Source: a virus
Taxonomy: Duplodnaviria; Caudoviricetes
Strand: one strand, 5' to 3'
Virus record (IMG/VR): IMGVR_UViG_3300005805_000059
Span: 1-64,000 of that record
DNA: 64,000 bases
Part shown: in pieces, positions 7,857-15,979 of the stretch
Layout: each line of letters opens with the position of its first letter
Numbering within the stretch: position 1 is the first letter of the stretch
Made by a program: the position numbers and the translations under genes
The notes under the pieces: model-generated
Databases searched by the model: none
Seen by the model: the letters and a program-made list of their open reading frames with translations, nothing else
What the model was told of the DNA's origin: nothing

Positions 7857-8131
7857 TAGTTTCCTTTCGTAGTAGGTGGGGTAATACTAGCATAAGGGTC
7901 TGACATCCCTCGTAAAACCTCTTGTAACTGTATGTACAGTTCAAGGTCAATGTTTGTTAGTTCTCTTAGTAATGGGGCATCTACATCATCTAGCCTTATC
8001 CACTCATAGTCTGTGTAACTGTAAATACTTCCATCTGCAAAGATTGCTGTATCAAGGTCTGCATTTGCATACCATCCATACCCTTTGCGATAAGAAACTA
8101 CAAAGTTATGTTCAAGGTCGTTATTCTCCAA
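7856..8131 (-). CDS. Hypothetical protein
   Basis: ORF coupled to neighbours. Confidence 0.7.
   Translation of the reverse strand: MENNDLEHNFVVSYRKGYGWYANADLDTAIFADGSIYSYTDYEWIRLDDVDAPLLRELTNIDLELYIQLQEVLRGMSDPYASITPPTTKGN
7884..7905 (-). promoter_or_regulatory. Early promoter, TGTCAG-N10-TAGTAT
   Basis: Repeated motif inside the 3' end of the upstream gene. Confidence 0.75.
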
Positions 8132-8375
8132 GTCCGTATCCTTCTCTAATCTGATTTGCTTTGTGTGCTATTTCTATGTTGCCATTGAAGTATGCACCTG
8201 CTTTGTGTTGAGCCGATAAGTATCTCAAGTAGGCAGTTGCAAACTCAAACACTCTCTCTTGTACCTCAAGTGGAGAGCGTGTCAGGCACTCTGCAAGACT
8301 TTCAGGACTAACCCGAAGGTCTGCAAAGACAGCCTCTAATTTAGAACATCCGTTTATGCTTTCGTTAGTAATCAT
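8121..8375 (-). CDS. Hypothetical protein (leaderless)
   Basis: ATG 7 nt from the -10 at 8382-8387. Confidence 0.75.
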   Translation of the reverse strand: MITNESINGCSKLEAVFADLRVSPESLAECLTRSPLEVQERVFEFATAYLRYLSAQHKAGAYFNGNIEIAHKANQIREGYGLGE

Positions 8376-8381
8376 AGGCGT

Positions 8382-8403
8382 ACCTTACCATAGGGGTATG
8401 ACA
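8382..8403 (-). promoter_or_regulatory. Early promoter variant, TGTCAT-N10-TAAGGT
   Basis: Repeated motif. Confidence 0.7.
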
Positions 8404-8864
8404 TTGTCAGGTAGTCCCTTTTGGGTGGGTTTTGGATCAGGTAGGATTTGCTGCAAAGCCTCTTCAATTCCTTCATCTACACTAAACCCAACAAAACTAG
8501 AATACTCATAGCCTTCTTCTGTCATTTCCCATAGTTCAAACCACGGATTGTGGATAGCATAATCGTGGTTAACAATTTCACAAGCCTTGACAATAGTATC
8601 AAAGTCGTGGTCATTGCGTACCCCCATCATCTCTAGGTCATCGGTAGTGTAAATAGTTTCATCAGTAAATGGAAATACATAACGCATCTCACCTACTGCT
8701 ACTACATCGAATTGTCTTTCTTCCTTAGTTTTATTATTGATAGTAATTGTAGCGACTACATCGGTCCCAGAGTGATTGCGATAAAACTCAGGGTATTGTC
8801 TATCCTCCTTGTAATGTGGAGCATACATAATCTCATAGTTACCAAATAGGGTTGCTTGCTGCAT
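8385..8864 (-). CDS. Hypothetical protein
   Basis: 159 aa ORF. Confidence 0.75.
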   Translation of the reverse strand: MQQATLFGNYEIMYAPHYKEDRQYPEFYRNHSGTDVVATITINNKTKEERQFDVVAVGEMRYVFPFTDETIYTTDDLEMMGVRNDHDFDTIVKACEIVNHDYAIHNPWFELWEMTEEGYEYSSFVGFSVDEGIEEALQQILPDPKPTQKGLPDNVIPLW

Positions 8865-9142
8865 TATTTATCTTCCATCCAAATGTTTACTATTTCTTCA
8901 TAAGAGCCAAGAATTTCGTCTTCTTGTATTAGTTCATTATCTACATTGTAGTCTAATTCTTCAATTGCTTCCCAAAAGCCTTGCCAATCTTTCTTAGTCC
9001 AATCATCTGTCTCAGACAAATCAATCTCAAACTCTGATGATAGTTGTGCTTTGAGTTCATCTGTAACCTCTACATAGTAGTGGTGTTGATAAACTGTGTG
9101 TTTTTCAATGTGTACTTGCATTATCCGTGTTCCCTTTCCCAC
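8864..9142 (-). CDS. Hypothetical acidic protein (start possibly 9121)
   Basis: ORF coupled to the downstream gene. Confidence 0.7.
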   Translation of the reverse strand: MGKGTRIMQVHIEKHTVYQHHYYVEVTDELKAQLSSEFEIDLSETDDWTKKDWQGFWEAIEELDYNVDNELIQEDEILGSYEEIVNIWMEDK

Positions 9143-9315
9143 GCCTCTAAGGAGTGAAATGTAAAGTTATCGCCTGTATTGTAGCAGTAGGCTATGACAT
9201 TGTCTAGGTATTCCGAAGAGAATAATGGATTTATTACATCTTCCCCATAAACTTCAAAATAGTTATTCTTTGTCTGTGGTATGACGGTATGGTCAAACTC
9301 ATAGATGTTCAACAA
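9121..9315 (-). CDS. Small hypothetical protein
   Basis: ORF track; start uncertain. Confidence 0.6.
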   Translation of the reverse strand: MLNIYEFDHTVIPQTKNNYFEVYGEDVINPLFSSEYLDNVIAYCYNTGDNFTFHSLEAWEREHG

Positions 9316-9466
9316 AACTAACTCCTATCATATCTCCTTCTTCACCAAACATAATAATATCGTGTCCGTCAATAAAGTATTCTCCATTTTCGTACATTTC
9401 TTCAGCCTCTTGATAAGACTTAGGCTCTCGTGTAAAGAAGGCTGAAATTTGTATTTCGTAAAACAT
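9299..9466 (-). CDS. Small hypothetical protein, 55 aa
   Basis: Hand-read ORF MFYEIQISAFF... with GAGGT SD. Confidence 0.6.
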   Translation of the reverse strand: MFYEIQISAFFTREPKSYQEAEEMYENGEYFIDGHDIIMFGEEGDMIGVSFVEHL

Positions 9467-9636
9467 TAGAAATCTACCTCAATTTCATTAGCAAAGTCTT
9501 GTGGACTAAATCCATAAGCCTCTTTGATTATTTCATTAGCAACATTTGTTATGTATGTTGCGTCATCAACATCAGGCTCTCCAACCTGAACAGTAACCAC
9601 CATATGGTCACAAACAAAGTGAACATTTGCTGTCAT
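9466..9636 (-). CDS. Small hypothetical protein
   Basis: ORF 9466..9699; start moved to MTANVHF after GAAAGGA. Confidence 0.7.
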   Translation of the reverse strand: MTANVHFVCDHMVVTVQVGEPDVDDATYITNVANEIIKEAYGFSPQDFANEIEVDF

Positions 9637-9806
9637 TATTTTCCTTTCGGGGTAGGTGTAAATGTTGCATTGTTGATTGTATCTATTACTATCTGACATA
9701 GACTATCTTTGATGTCACCCTCACCAAATCCGTTGAAGGAGTTAGTCTCGTCCACATAGTTACAGATGTTGTTTTGTATTTGTTGTGATATTTCGTAAAT
9801 GTTCAT
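9636..9806 (-). CDS. Small leaderless hypothetical protein, 56 aa
   Basis: Hand-read ORF; ATG 7 nt from the -10 at 9813-9818. Confidence 0.65.
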   Translation of the reverse strand: MNIYEISQQIQNNICNYVDETNSFNGFGEGDIKDSLCQIVIDTINNATFTPTPKGK

Positions 9807-9812
9807 AGGGTC

Positions 9813-9834
9813 ACCTTATCATAGGGGTCTGACA
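9813..9834 (-). promoter_or_regulatory. Early promoter, TGTCAG-N10-TAAGGT
   Basis: Repeated motif. Confidence 0.8.
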
Positions 9835-10061
9835 TCAGGGGTAGGCAGCCCAAAGATGAAGCCACCCCCATTGCCCTCGGGATCTTGTGATATCTCAATA
9901 ATCCCAATTTCACCGTTAGCAAATTTCACGGTAAAAGTAGGAAACCCTCCATAGGGGTTAAACTCATCTGCTACCATACCATTAAACTTGATAATAGTAG
10001 CACCATCAAGAGATGAGTAATAATCTTGCCATACATTATTCATATTGGAAGTCATCATCAT
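9819..10061 (-). CDS. Hypothetical protein
   Basis: ORF; contains DPEGNGGGF motif. Confidence 0.7.
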   Translation of the reverse strand: MMMTSNMNNVWQDYYSSLDGATIIKFNGMVADEFNPYGGFPTFTVKFANGEIGIIEISQDPEGNGGGFIFGLPTPDVRPL

Positions 10062-10257
10062 CCTTTACATCATAACTAGAAGTGAGGGTATCAAGAACTT
10101 CCCACCCTAATTCAATTTGCCTATCATTGAAATATCCTGCAATGGCATCAAGAACATTGGCACATTGTTCATCTGTCCAATGTGGGTACATACTCTTGAC
10201 ATCAGCAGGACACCAACTGACCTCTACATACTTTTCATACATATCTATTTTTTCCAT
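10036..10257 (-). CDS. Hypothetical protein
   Basis: ORF 10036..10329; start moved to MEKID just past the promoter. Confidence 0.7.
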   Translation of the reverse strand: MEKIDMYEKYVEVSWCPADVKSMYPHWTDEQCANVLDAIAGYFNDRQIELGWEVLDTLTSSYDVKDDDDFQYE

Positions 10258-10264
10258 AGGGCGA

Positions 10265-10286
10265 AACCTACCATAATAGTCTGACA
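10265..10286 (-). promoter_or_regulatory. Early promoter, TGTCAG-N10-TAGGTT
   Basis: Repeated motif. Confidence 0.7.
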
Positions 10287-10427
10287 TTGTCAAATCAGAA
10301 TCCCCCATAAAAAATGTGATGTTCGTCACACGGCTGCATGAATTTCTAAATAATTAGACATGCAGCAATGTCGGATTTGTCCAAATTGCCCTATTCCCAA
10401 ATTGGGGTATCCTTTTTAAAAATACCT

Positions 10428-10806
10428 TTACGATCCCCAAATAAAAAATCCCAGGAATCCTATTACGATCCCAAAATATTTTTTCCCAGAAAGTCTTTAC
10501 GATCCCAAATCAAAAAATCGCTGAAAGTTATTTGTTATTTATACTATAGGTATTACGATCCTCCTTTACGATCCCCCCAGAAAATCGGGCGGGATCCAGA
10601 GATGCCCTGACAAATAAAGGTATTACGAACACCAAATATTTTTTCCCAGAATATCGTACAAATTGAAATATTTTTAAAACAAATTCGGACAAATTGGATA
10701 TTTTATTTGACAAATTTGGATATTTTTGGTAGGGATATTTGGGCATATTTTGGATATTTGGATTTGACAATTTGGGTATTTTGTGCTAGGAAAAGATTAC
10801 GATCCC
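10428..10806 (+). repeat. TTACGATCC(C) direct-repeat array in non-coding DNA
   Basis: Copies start at 10428, 10463, 10497, 10553, 10566, 10623 (TTACGAAC) and 10797. Confidence 0.85.
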
Positions 10807-10886
10807 CTCGCTCAGATGTTCTGTTCTCCACTATCCTCCACTTTACTCCATTCCAATCCATTTCTAAAAAATAACAGTAAGATCTA

Positions 10887-10913
10887 AAATCAGACAAATC
10901 GTACAAATCAGAC
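10887..10913 (+). repeat. Three tandem 9-mers AAATC(A/G)(G/T)AC
   Basis: AAATCAGAC AAATCGTAC AAATCAGAC. Confidence 0.75.
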
Positions 10914-10950
10914 AAAAAAGGGGTATATAAAATCAGGATATACTTGTCCT

Positions 10951-11118
10951 ATGAGTGAACAAATCAAAGCAGATTTGGCACAGTATCTCTCTCAATTCCT
11001 ATCAGGCAAACACCGTATCGGCAAAGCACATAAAATCATTAATATGATATGGGACATAGCCTATGAACAAGGTAAAGACTCTTGTTGTTCTACTAGGGAT
11101 TGTTGTAGTCATTCTTGA
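10951..11118 (+). CDS. Small leaderless protein, Cys-rich C-terminus, 55 aa
   Basis: Hand-read ORF; TATACT -10 lies 7 nt upstream. Confidence 0.55.
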   Translation: MSEQIKADLAQYLSQFLSGKHRIGKAHKIINMIWDIAYEQGKDSCCSTRDCCSHS

Positions 11119-11149
11119 TACCCCGCCAAATTTGTGATACAATTAGGGT

Positions 11150-11413
11150 ATGATTTATACACTTTCATCCGATGCAGTTACTGCAATTACTCCCAATGGG
11201 ACTCACTCAGGAATGGACATTACGATCCAAAATGTTAATTCCTCTGGGTATATTTACATAGGTACTGACAATACAGTATCTTCATCCAACTATGGATATA
11301 GGCTTGCCCCTGGAGCAGCATTCTCTGTTGAACTCGCTGGCAAGGATGACCTATATCTTATTGGCTCTACTAATGACCTTGACGCAGCAGTGCTGATTGT
11401 AGGTCTTGAATAA
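11150..11413 (+). CDS. Small putative virion protein
   Basis: Beta-rich ORF; TACAAT -10 lies 7 nt upstream; coupled to the next gene. Confidence 0.7.
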   Translation: MIYTLSSDAVTAITPNGTHSGMDITIQNVNSSGYIYIGTDNTVSSSNYGYRLAPGAAFSVELAGKDDLYLIGSTNDLDAAVLIVGLE

Positions 11414-12444
11414 TGGCTAGGTTTACTAATGGTTCTAGTGGTACAGGTGCTAACTATGATGAAGTAGGTTGCCTAAACTTTCCAGCGTCTGGTGAAATCT
11501 GCAATATTCCTAATAGTTCTGGTGATGGCTATGGTTATTCTACATTTGAGGTACGACCAGATACTACACTTGAAACTGATCAATACTTAATCATTGACCC
11601 TACCGCCCCAAATCACATACATATTCGTGCTGGTGGAGACATTGATGCTTCTACAGGACAATTGTTTTTAGGTGGAGAACTTGCCAATGTCTCAATCTGG
11701 GATGGTGCACACGAAGTTTATATCTCATCATATGATTCAACTAATGACTATTATTACGCTTGGAACTTTGGTAATGAAGGTATTCTTTATGGTCCTGCTA
11801 TGGGTGGATTGTGGGTTACAGGAATTTCTGGAAAGAGTGATCAAGATCCACTCTACATTACTTCAGCGGATTCTGTTTTATTAGATGGTGTTAATGGAGA
11901 GTTTCTTAATGATGCATCCAATCCCTCAAATCAAATAGCCACTATCGGGGATGTAGATACTGCTAACGATATGGGATATATTTCTGTATATAGTACTGCC
12001 GATCAAGGTCCTTTTACAGCCAATACAATTCAGGCATTTACCTTTACTAATACAGATTTTTCAAATGACATTACCCTCGTAGATGGGTCTAAGATTAGAA
12101 TGGAAAAGGCAGGTAAATATAACATTGCATTTTCTGCTCAACTTCATCAGACCAACTCTTCAGGTATAGTAAATATTTGGCTTAGAAAAAATGGTAACAA
12201 TATGGCAGCAACAAACACCAAAGTATCCATTACATCAAATAATCCTTATTATGTTGCTGCGTGGAACTTGTTTGTAGATGCTGCCGAAGATGATTATTTC
12301 GAACTTATATGGTCATCAGATAGTCCAAATACTAAAATAGAATATGAAGCACCCACAGGATCTGGAGCAACCGAGCATCCATCTGTTCCTTCAATTATTC
12401 TTACTGCTAACCAAATTGCAGGAACTGGTCTTACCCCTCCATAA
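11413..12444 (+). CDS. Putative tail fibre / receptor-binding protein with C-terminal C1q-like jelly-roll
   Basis: G/S/T/D-rich; C-terminal KAGKYNIAFSAQL...NIWLRKNG pattern. Confidence 0.6.
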   Translation: MARFTNGSSGTGANYDEVGCLNFPASGEICNIPNSSGDGYGYSTFEVRPDTTLETDQYLIIDPTAPNHIHIRAGGDIDASTGQLFLGGELANVSIWDGAHEVYISSYDSTNDYYYAWNFGNEGILYGPAMGGLWVTGISGKSDQDPLYITSADSVLLDGVNGEFLNDASNPSNQIATIGDVDTANDMGYISVYSTADQGPFTANTIQAFTFTNTDFSNDITLVDGSKIRMEKAGKYNIAFSAQLHQTNSSGIVNIWLRKNGNNMAATNTKVSITSNNPYYVAAWNLFVDAAEDDYFELIWSSDSPNTKIEYEAPTGSGATEHPSVPSIILTANQIAGTGLTPP

Positions 12445-12565
12445 TAATATGCTAATATAGTCTGTGCGTATTTTAGAAGGCGATTTTTTTGTATATGTCA
12501 TCCCTAGCACTTGTGTCAAGTGTGGGGGGATGAATACTTCTAGTACCCCCGCCGAAACTTGCGAA

Positions 12566-12587
12566 TGTCAGACCCATCCTGTATAAT
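12566..12587 (+). promoter_or_regulatory. Early-type promoter, TGTCAG-N10-TATAAT
   Basis: Repeated motif; leaderless ATG at 12594. Confidence 0.8.
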
Positions 12588-12593
12588 ATATGT

Positions 12594-12749
12594 ATGACCA
12601 CAGACGAACGAGATTTTTACACAAATCAGATAATTGACGCTATTATCGCTGCGGTGCGATTTGGCGACCCGAAGAATTTGAGGAACGACCTCAACGCTAT
12701 AATAGAACTATATGCGGAACATATAAAAGATAAGGAAAACAATGGCTAA
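12594..12749 (+). CDS. Small leaderless hypothetical protein, 51 aa
   Basis: Hand-read ORF. Confidence 0.6.
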   Translation: MTTDERDFYTNQIIDAIIAAVRFGDPKNLRNDLNAIIELYAEHIKDKENNG

Positions 12750-12984
12750 AGGAACAAACAAGGGCGACCTAATGTGGCAGACACCATATAAAGAAGGTCG
12801 CTGGTGGATTAACATTTATTATTTTGGACCATACAAGGGTGAACTTGTAGTTAAAGATGCAAACTTAGATACTCAGTACAGCGAGATTGTCGATCTCTAT
12901 TACGAAGATAATCCGACAGTCAAACAAGTAATGCAGTATCTACGAACTGGATTCGATTGGGTAGATAGGAACGACAATGTTTAG
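12742..12984 (+). CDS. Hypothetical protein
   Basis: ORF with AAGGA SD. Confidence 0.7.
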   Translation: MAKGTNKGDLMWQTPYKEGRWWINIYYFGPYKGELVVKDANLDTQYSEIVDLYYEDNPTVKQVMQYLRTGFDWVDRNDNV

Positions 12985-13102
12985 ATATGCAACTGAACAA
13001 TACTATAAAAATAAGATAGATAAACTTGAGGCAAAAATTGCTATTCTCAAGGAAAAGATTGCTCAACTTGAGAGCGACAATTATATGAACAGAGATAAGT
13101 AG
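12977..13102 (+). CDS. Small coiled-coil peptide, 41 aa
   Basis: Hand-read ORF filling the gap. Confidence 0.5.
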   Translation: MFRYATEQYYKNKIDKLEAKIAILKEKIAQLESDNYMNRDK

Positions 13103-14100
13103 TGATTCCATATACTACTAAGGAAGCATTATCTTTTGATGACATAATGCTAGTGCCACAAGAATCTGATATATACAGTAGGCATAAGATTAATTTAACA
13201 ATGACATTTGGTAAGCATAATCCTATTGGATTAACTATGCCTATATTTGCTGCCCCTATGGATACCGTTTGCGAATACGATATGGCTTTCAACTTAGGAC
13301 TTCTTGGTGGAGTTGGAGTTGTCCATAGGTATATGTCTTACGATAAACAATTAGAGATTGCTGCTAAATTACAAGACCACGAGTTGCTTTCATTCTTTGC
13401 CATTGGATCTAGCATAGAAGATTACGAACACGCACAAAAACTCCTGGATCTTGGCGTTGCTGGCTTGGTTGTTGATACAGCAAATGGTCATAGCAAATTA
13501 GCAATAGATGCAGTAGATAGATTACGAAAACACCCTGTACACATTATGGCTGGCAATGTATCTACTTGGGAAGGCTATAAGCGTTTATCTGATGCAGGTG
13601 CTGACTCTGTTCGTGTAGGTATTGGTGGAGGTGCTGCTTGCACTACCCGCACAGTTACAGGACACGGAATCCCTACGCTTGCTTCTATTATGGACATTAT
13701 GGAAAAGGGTAGGACTGATACAGGAATCATTGCAGATGGTGGTATTCGCAATAGTGGAGATGCTGTAAAAGCAATTGCTGCTGGTGCTGATGCAGTTATG
13801 TTAGGTTCAGTATTAGCAGGACATTACGAATCTCCTGGTCATATGATAGGTGACAGAAAAGAGTTTCGTGGTATGGCATCAAAGGATGCACAAATAAGTC
13901 GTGGAAAAGTTTCAGTAATTGAAGGAATATCCACAACAGTTCCATTTAGAGGATTTGTAGCAGACACACTCAATGACTTTACAAATGGAATTAAGTCTGG
14001 TTGTTCTTATACAGGAGTAGACAGACTTGAAGATCTAAGCAAAGAAGCAATATATGTTAGAGTATCTACTCTATCAAACAACGAAACAAAGAAAGGATAA
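13102..14100 (+). CDS. guaB: IMP dehydrogenase / GMP reductase family protein, no CBS subdomain
   Basis: LSFDDIMLVP, AAPMDTV, VDTANGHS, AGNV, catalytic VGIGGGAACTTR, IADGGI, FRGMAS. Confidence 0.9.
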   Translation: MIPYTTKEALSFDDIMLVPQESDIYSRHKINLTMTFGKHNPIGLTMPIFAAPMDTVCEYDMAFNLGLLGGVGVVHRYMSYDKQLEIAAKLQDHELLSFFAIGSSIEDYEHAQKLLDLGVAGLVVDTANGHSKLAIDAVDRLRKHPVHIMAGNVSTWEGYKRLSDAGADSVRVGIGGGAACTTRTVTGHGIPTLASIMDIMEKGRTDTGIIADGGIRNSGDAVKAIAAGADAVMLGSVLAGHYESPGHMIGDRKEFRGMASKDAQISRGKVSVIEGISTTVPFRGFVADTLNDFTNGIKSGCSYTGVDRLEDLSKEAIYVRVSTLSNNETKKG

Positions 14101-14102
14101 AG

Positions 14103-14285
14103 ATGAAAGCAGTTGAATTTGTAGCAAACAAAGTCTTGTCTGGTGCAGTCTGGGTAGTTGAAAAAGTAGTCCCATATGTATCACAAGAAAAGGTAGAATT
14201 TGTAGATGATCAGACATTACGAATTGATAGCAAGGCTACCCCACAGGATGCAATTCTCTGGGATGATGAAGATTTTGAGGTATAA
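14103..14285 (+). CDS. Small hypothetical protein
   Basis: ORF with AAAGGA SD. Confidence 0.6.
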   Translation: MKAVEFVANKVLSGAVWVVEKVVPYVSQEKVEFVDDQTLRIDSKATPQDAILWDDEDFEV

Positions 14286-14294
14286 TAGTACTAT

Positions 14295-15248
14295 ATGAAA
14301 ATTCTTGCGATAGTACATGGATACTTTCCTAACCACAATGCTGGTGCTGAGGCTATGCTGCATCAAATTCTTGTTGACCTTAAAAATAAGGGTCATGATC
14401 CCTTAGTTCTTACACTCCATCCTGGTGCTGAAGAGTATGAAGGTATTCCAATTCACAAACTTGATAGCAAGAATGAAAGAAAATATTTGTCCTGGTGTGA
14501 CATGATATTTACTCACCTAGATCTAACAAGGCATTGTGTACCATTATCACAAAGATATGATAAACCATTAGTGCATTTAGTACATAATGATAAACAACTT
14601 AGATATAATAAAATTAGAAGTAAGAAAAATGCTGACTTAGTTATATCTAATTCAGATTGGATTGACAAAACTGTTCCAAATGAAATACCATCAGTAGTTG
14701 TGTATCCACCAACAATACCTGAACGATATGCTGTTAAAACTAATAAAAAATACATTGCACTTATTAATATGAATGAGGCTAAAGGTGGTAAAATATTTTG
14801 GCAATTAGCCAGAATTTTTCCAGACAAACAATTCTTAGGTGTTAAGGGTGCGTATGGAAATCAAATTATAGAAAATAGAAATCTTCCAAATGTGACCATT
14901 TTAGAAAATACTCCTAATATTCAAGAAGTATATAAGCAGTGTGGAATAGTCCTAATGCCTTCATCTTATGAGAGTTGGGGTAGAGTTGCTATGGAAGCAT
15001 CTTGTTCTGGTATTCCAGTTATTGCTGCACCTACCCCTGGATTAAAGGAATCACTTGACTATGCAGGTATCTTTGCAGAACATGACAATGTTGCAGATTG
15101 GGTAGAAGCAATTAAGTTTTTAGATAATCCTAAAGTTTATGAAAAGTATTCTAAACTAACCAAAGAAAGATCTAAAGAAGTTGCAGATAAGTTTGCAGAA
15201 CAAATGATAATACTTGAAAAAGAATTACTTTCTCTTCTCAAACCTTGA
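14295..15248 (+). CDS. Glycosyltransferase, GT-B fold (GT4-like)
   Basis: GAE N-terminal motif, KGG, LMPSSYESWGRVAMEASCSGIPVI (EX7E). Confidence 0.85.
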   Translation: MKILAIVHGYFPNHNAGAEAMLHQILVDLKNKGHDPLVLTLHPGAEEYEGIPIHKLDSKNERKYLSWCDMIFTHLDLTRHCVPLSQRYDKPLVHLVHNDKQLRYNKIRSKKNADLVISNSDWIDKTVPNEIPSVVVYPPTIPERYAVKTNKKYIALINMNEAKGGKIFWQLARIFPDKQFLGVKGAYGNQIIENRNLPNVTILENTPNIQEVYKQCGIVLMPSSYESWGRVAMEASCSGIPVIAAPTPGLKESLDYAGIFAEHDNVADWVEAIKFLDNPKVYEKYSKLTKERSKEVADKFAEQMIILEKELLSLLKP

Positions 15249-15920
15249 TTTACTTTTAAATTTTGAACTTAAGATTGGCTCTAACAGTGGAAAAGAATTT
15301 TCTTCAGTAGATAAAAATACACTATCTTCTGTATACTGATAACTTATTCTTTTTAAATTTCCAGTGTTGTACACTTTAACATCTTTTATTTGTTCCCCAC
15401 CAATTTTATAATAGTTACCATAATAGGATCGCCACAACATATTAGTGTTTTTAATATTAAAAATCTTTCCTAATTTTTCTTTATTTACATTGAATGGCAC
15501 ATGTAAATCATAATCAAGTGGATTGTTTATGCCAAATTTTAACAACTTATTGTGGGTATAATGAAGTTTGGTAGCATAGGTTGATCTATTTGTTAAATCT
15601 AAATAAGTCATAACCCTGTTATATAAAATACCACCATTATAAATTGGAATGGTATCTAAAGGTTTAAGAATAAAAAAATCATCATTCATAAATACAAAGT
15701 CTTCTGGTATTTCTGGAGACTCTATGGCTGTCATAATGTTATAGGCAGCATTTTGATATCTAGATTTGTCTTGAGGAACAGGAATATAATGCCCTTTAAA
15801 CCACTCTGGACAGCCTCCTACGACACTTATTTCAGCGTCTGGTACATTTTTGACCACTGATCTTATAGAGTACCTTAATTCTTCGTTTTTGCCGTTTCTA
15901 CATATATATACGAAATGCAT
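15225..15920 (-). CDS. Stealth-family-like hexose-1-phosphotransferase
   Basis: FVY, NEELRYSIRS, FVFMNDDFF and LHVP motifs resemble Stealth CR1-CR3; start moved to MHFVY. Confidence 0.65.
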   Translation of the reverse strand: MHFVYICRNGKNEELRYSIRSVVKNVPDAEISVVGGCPEWFKGHYIPVPQDKSRYQNAAYNIMTAIESPEIPEDFVFMNDDFFILKPLDTIPIYNGGILYNRVMTYLDLTNRSTYATKLHYTHNKLLKFGINNPLDYDLHVPFNVNKEKLGKIFNIKNTNMLWRSYYGNYYKIGGEQIKDVKVYNTGNLKRISYQYTEDSVFLSTEENSFPLLEPILSSKFKSKSRFEKRK

Positions 15921-15930
15921 ACCTTTTCCT

Positions 15931-15963
15931 AAAATAAGGGGCGAGCCAGTTACGACCCGCCCC
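15931..15963 (-). terminator. Intrinsic terminator after holin
   Basis: GGGGCGGGTC...GGCTCGCCCC followed by TTATTTT. Confidence 0.65.
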
Positions 15964-15979
15964 AAATCATTATTTAGTT

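Noticed and set aside
241-10286. TGTCAGACCC repeats as CRISPR repeats or integron attC sites
   Set aside because: Fixed 10-nt distance to a -10 hexamer and leaderless ATGs identify them as promoters; no palindromic attC structure and no integrase seen.
10428-10806. TTACGATCC array as a mini-CRISPR
   Set aside because: Repeats are only 9-10 bp with irregular spacing (13-174 bp) and non-unique spacers; no cas operon.
10368-10915. ORFs predicted across the repeat island
   Set aside because: Translations are low-complexity products of the DNA repeats (YDP, PNL, SKF units); the region is read as non-coding.
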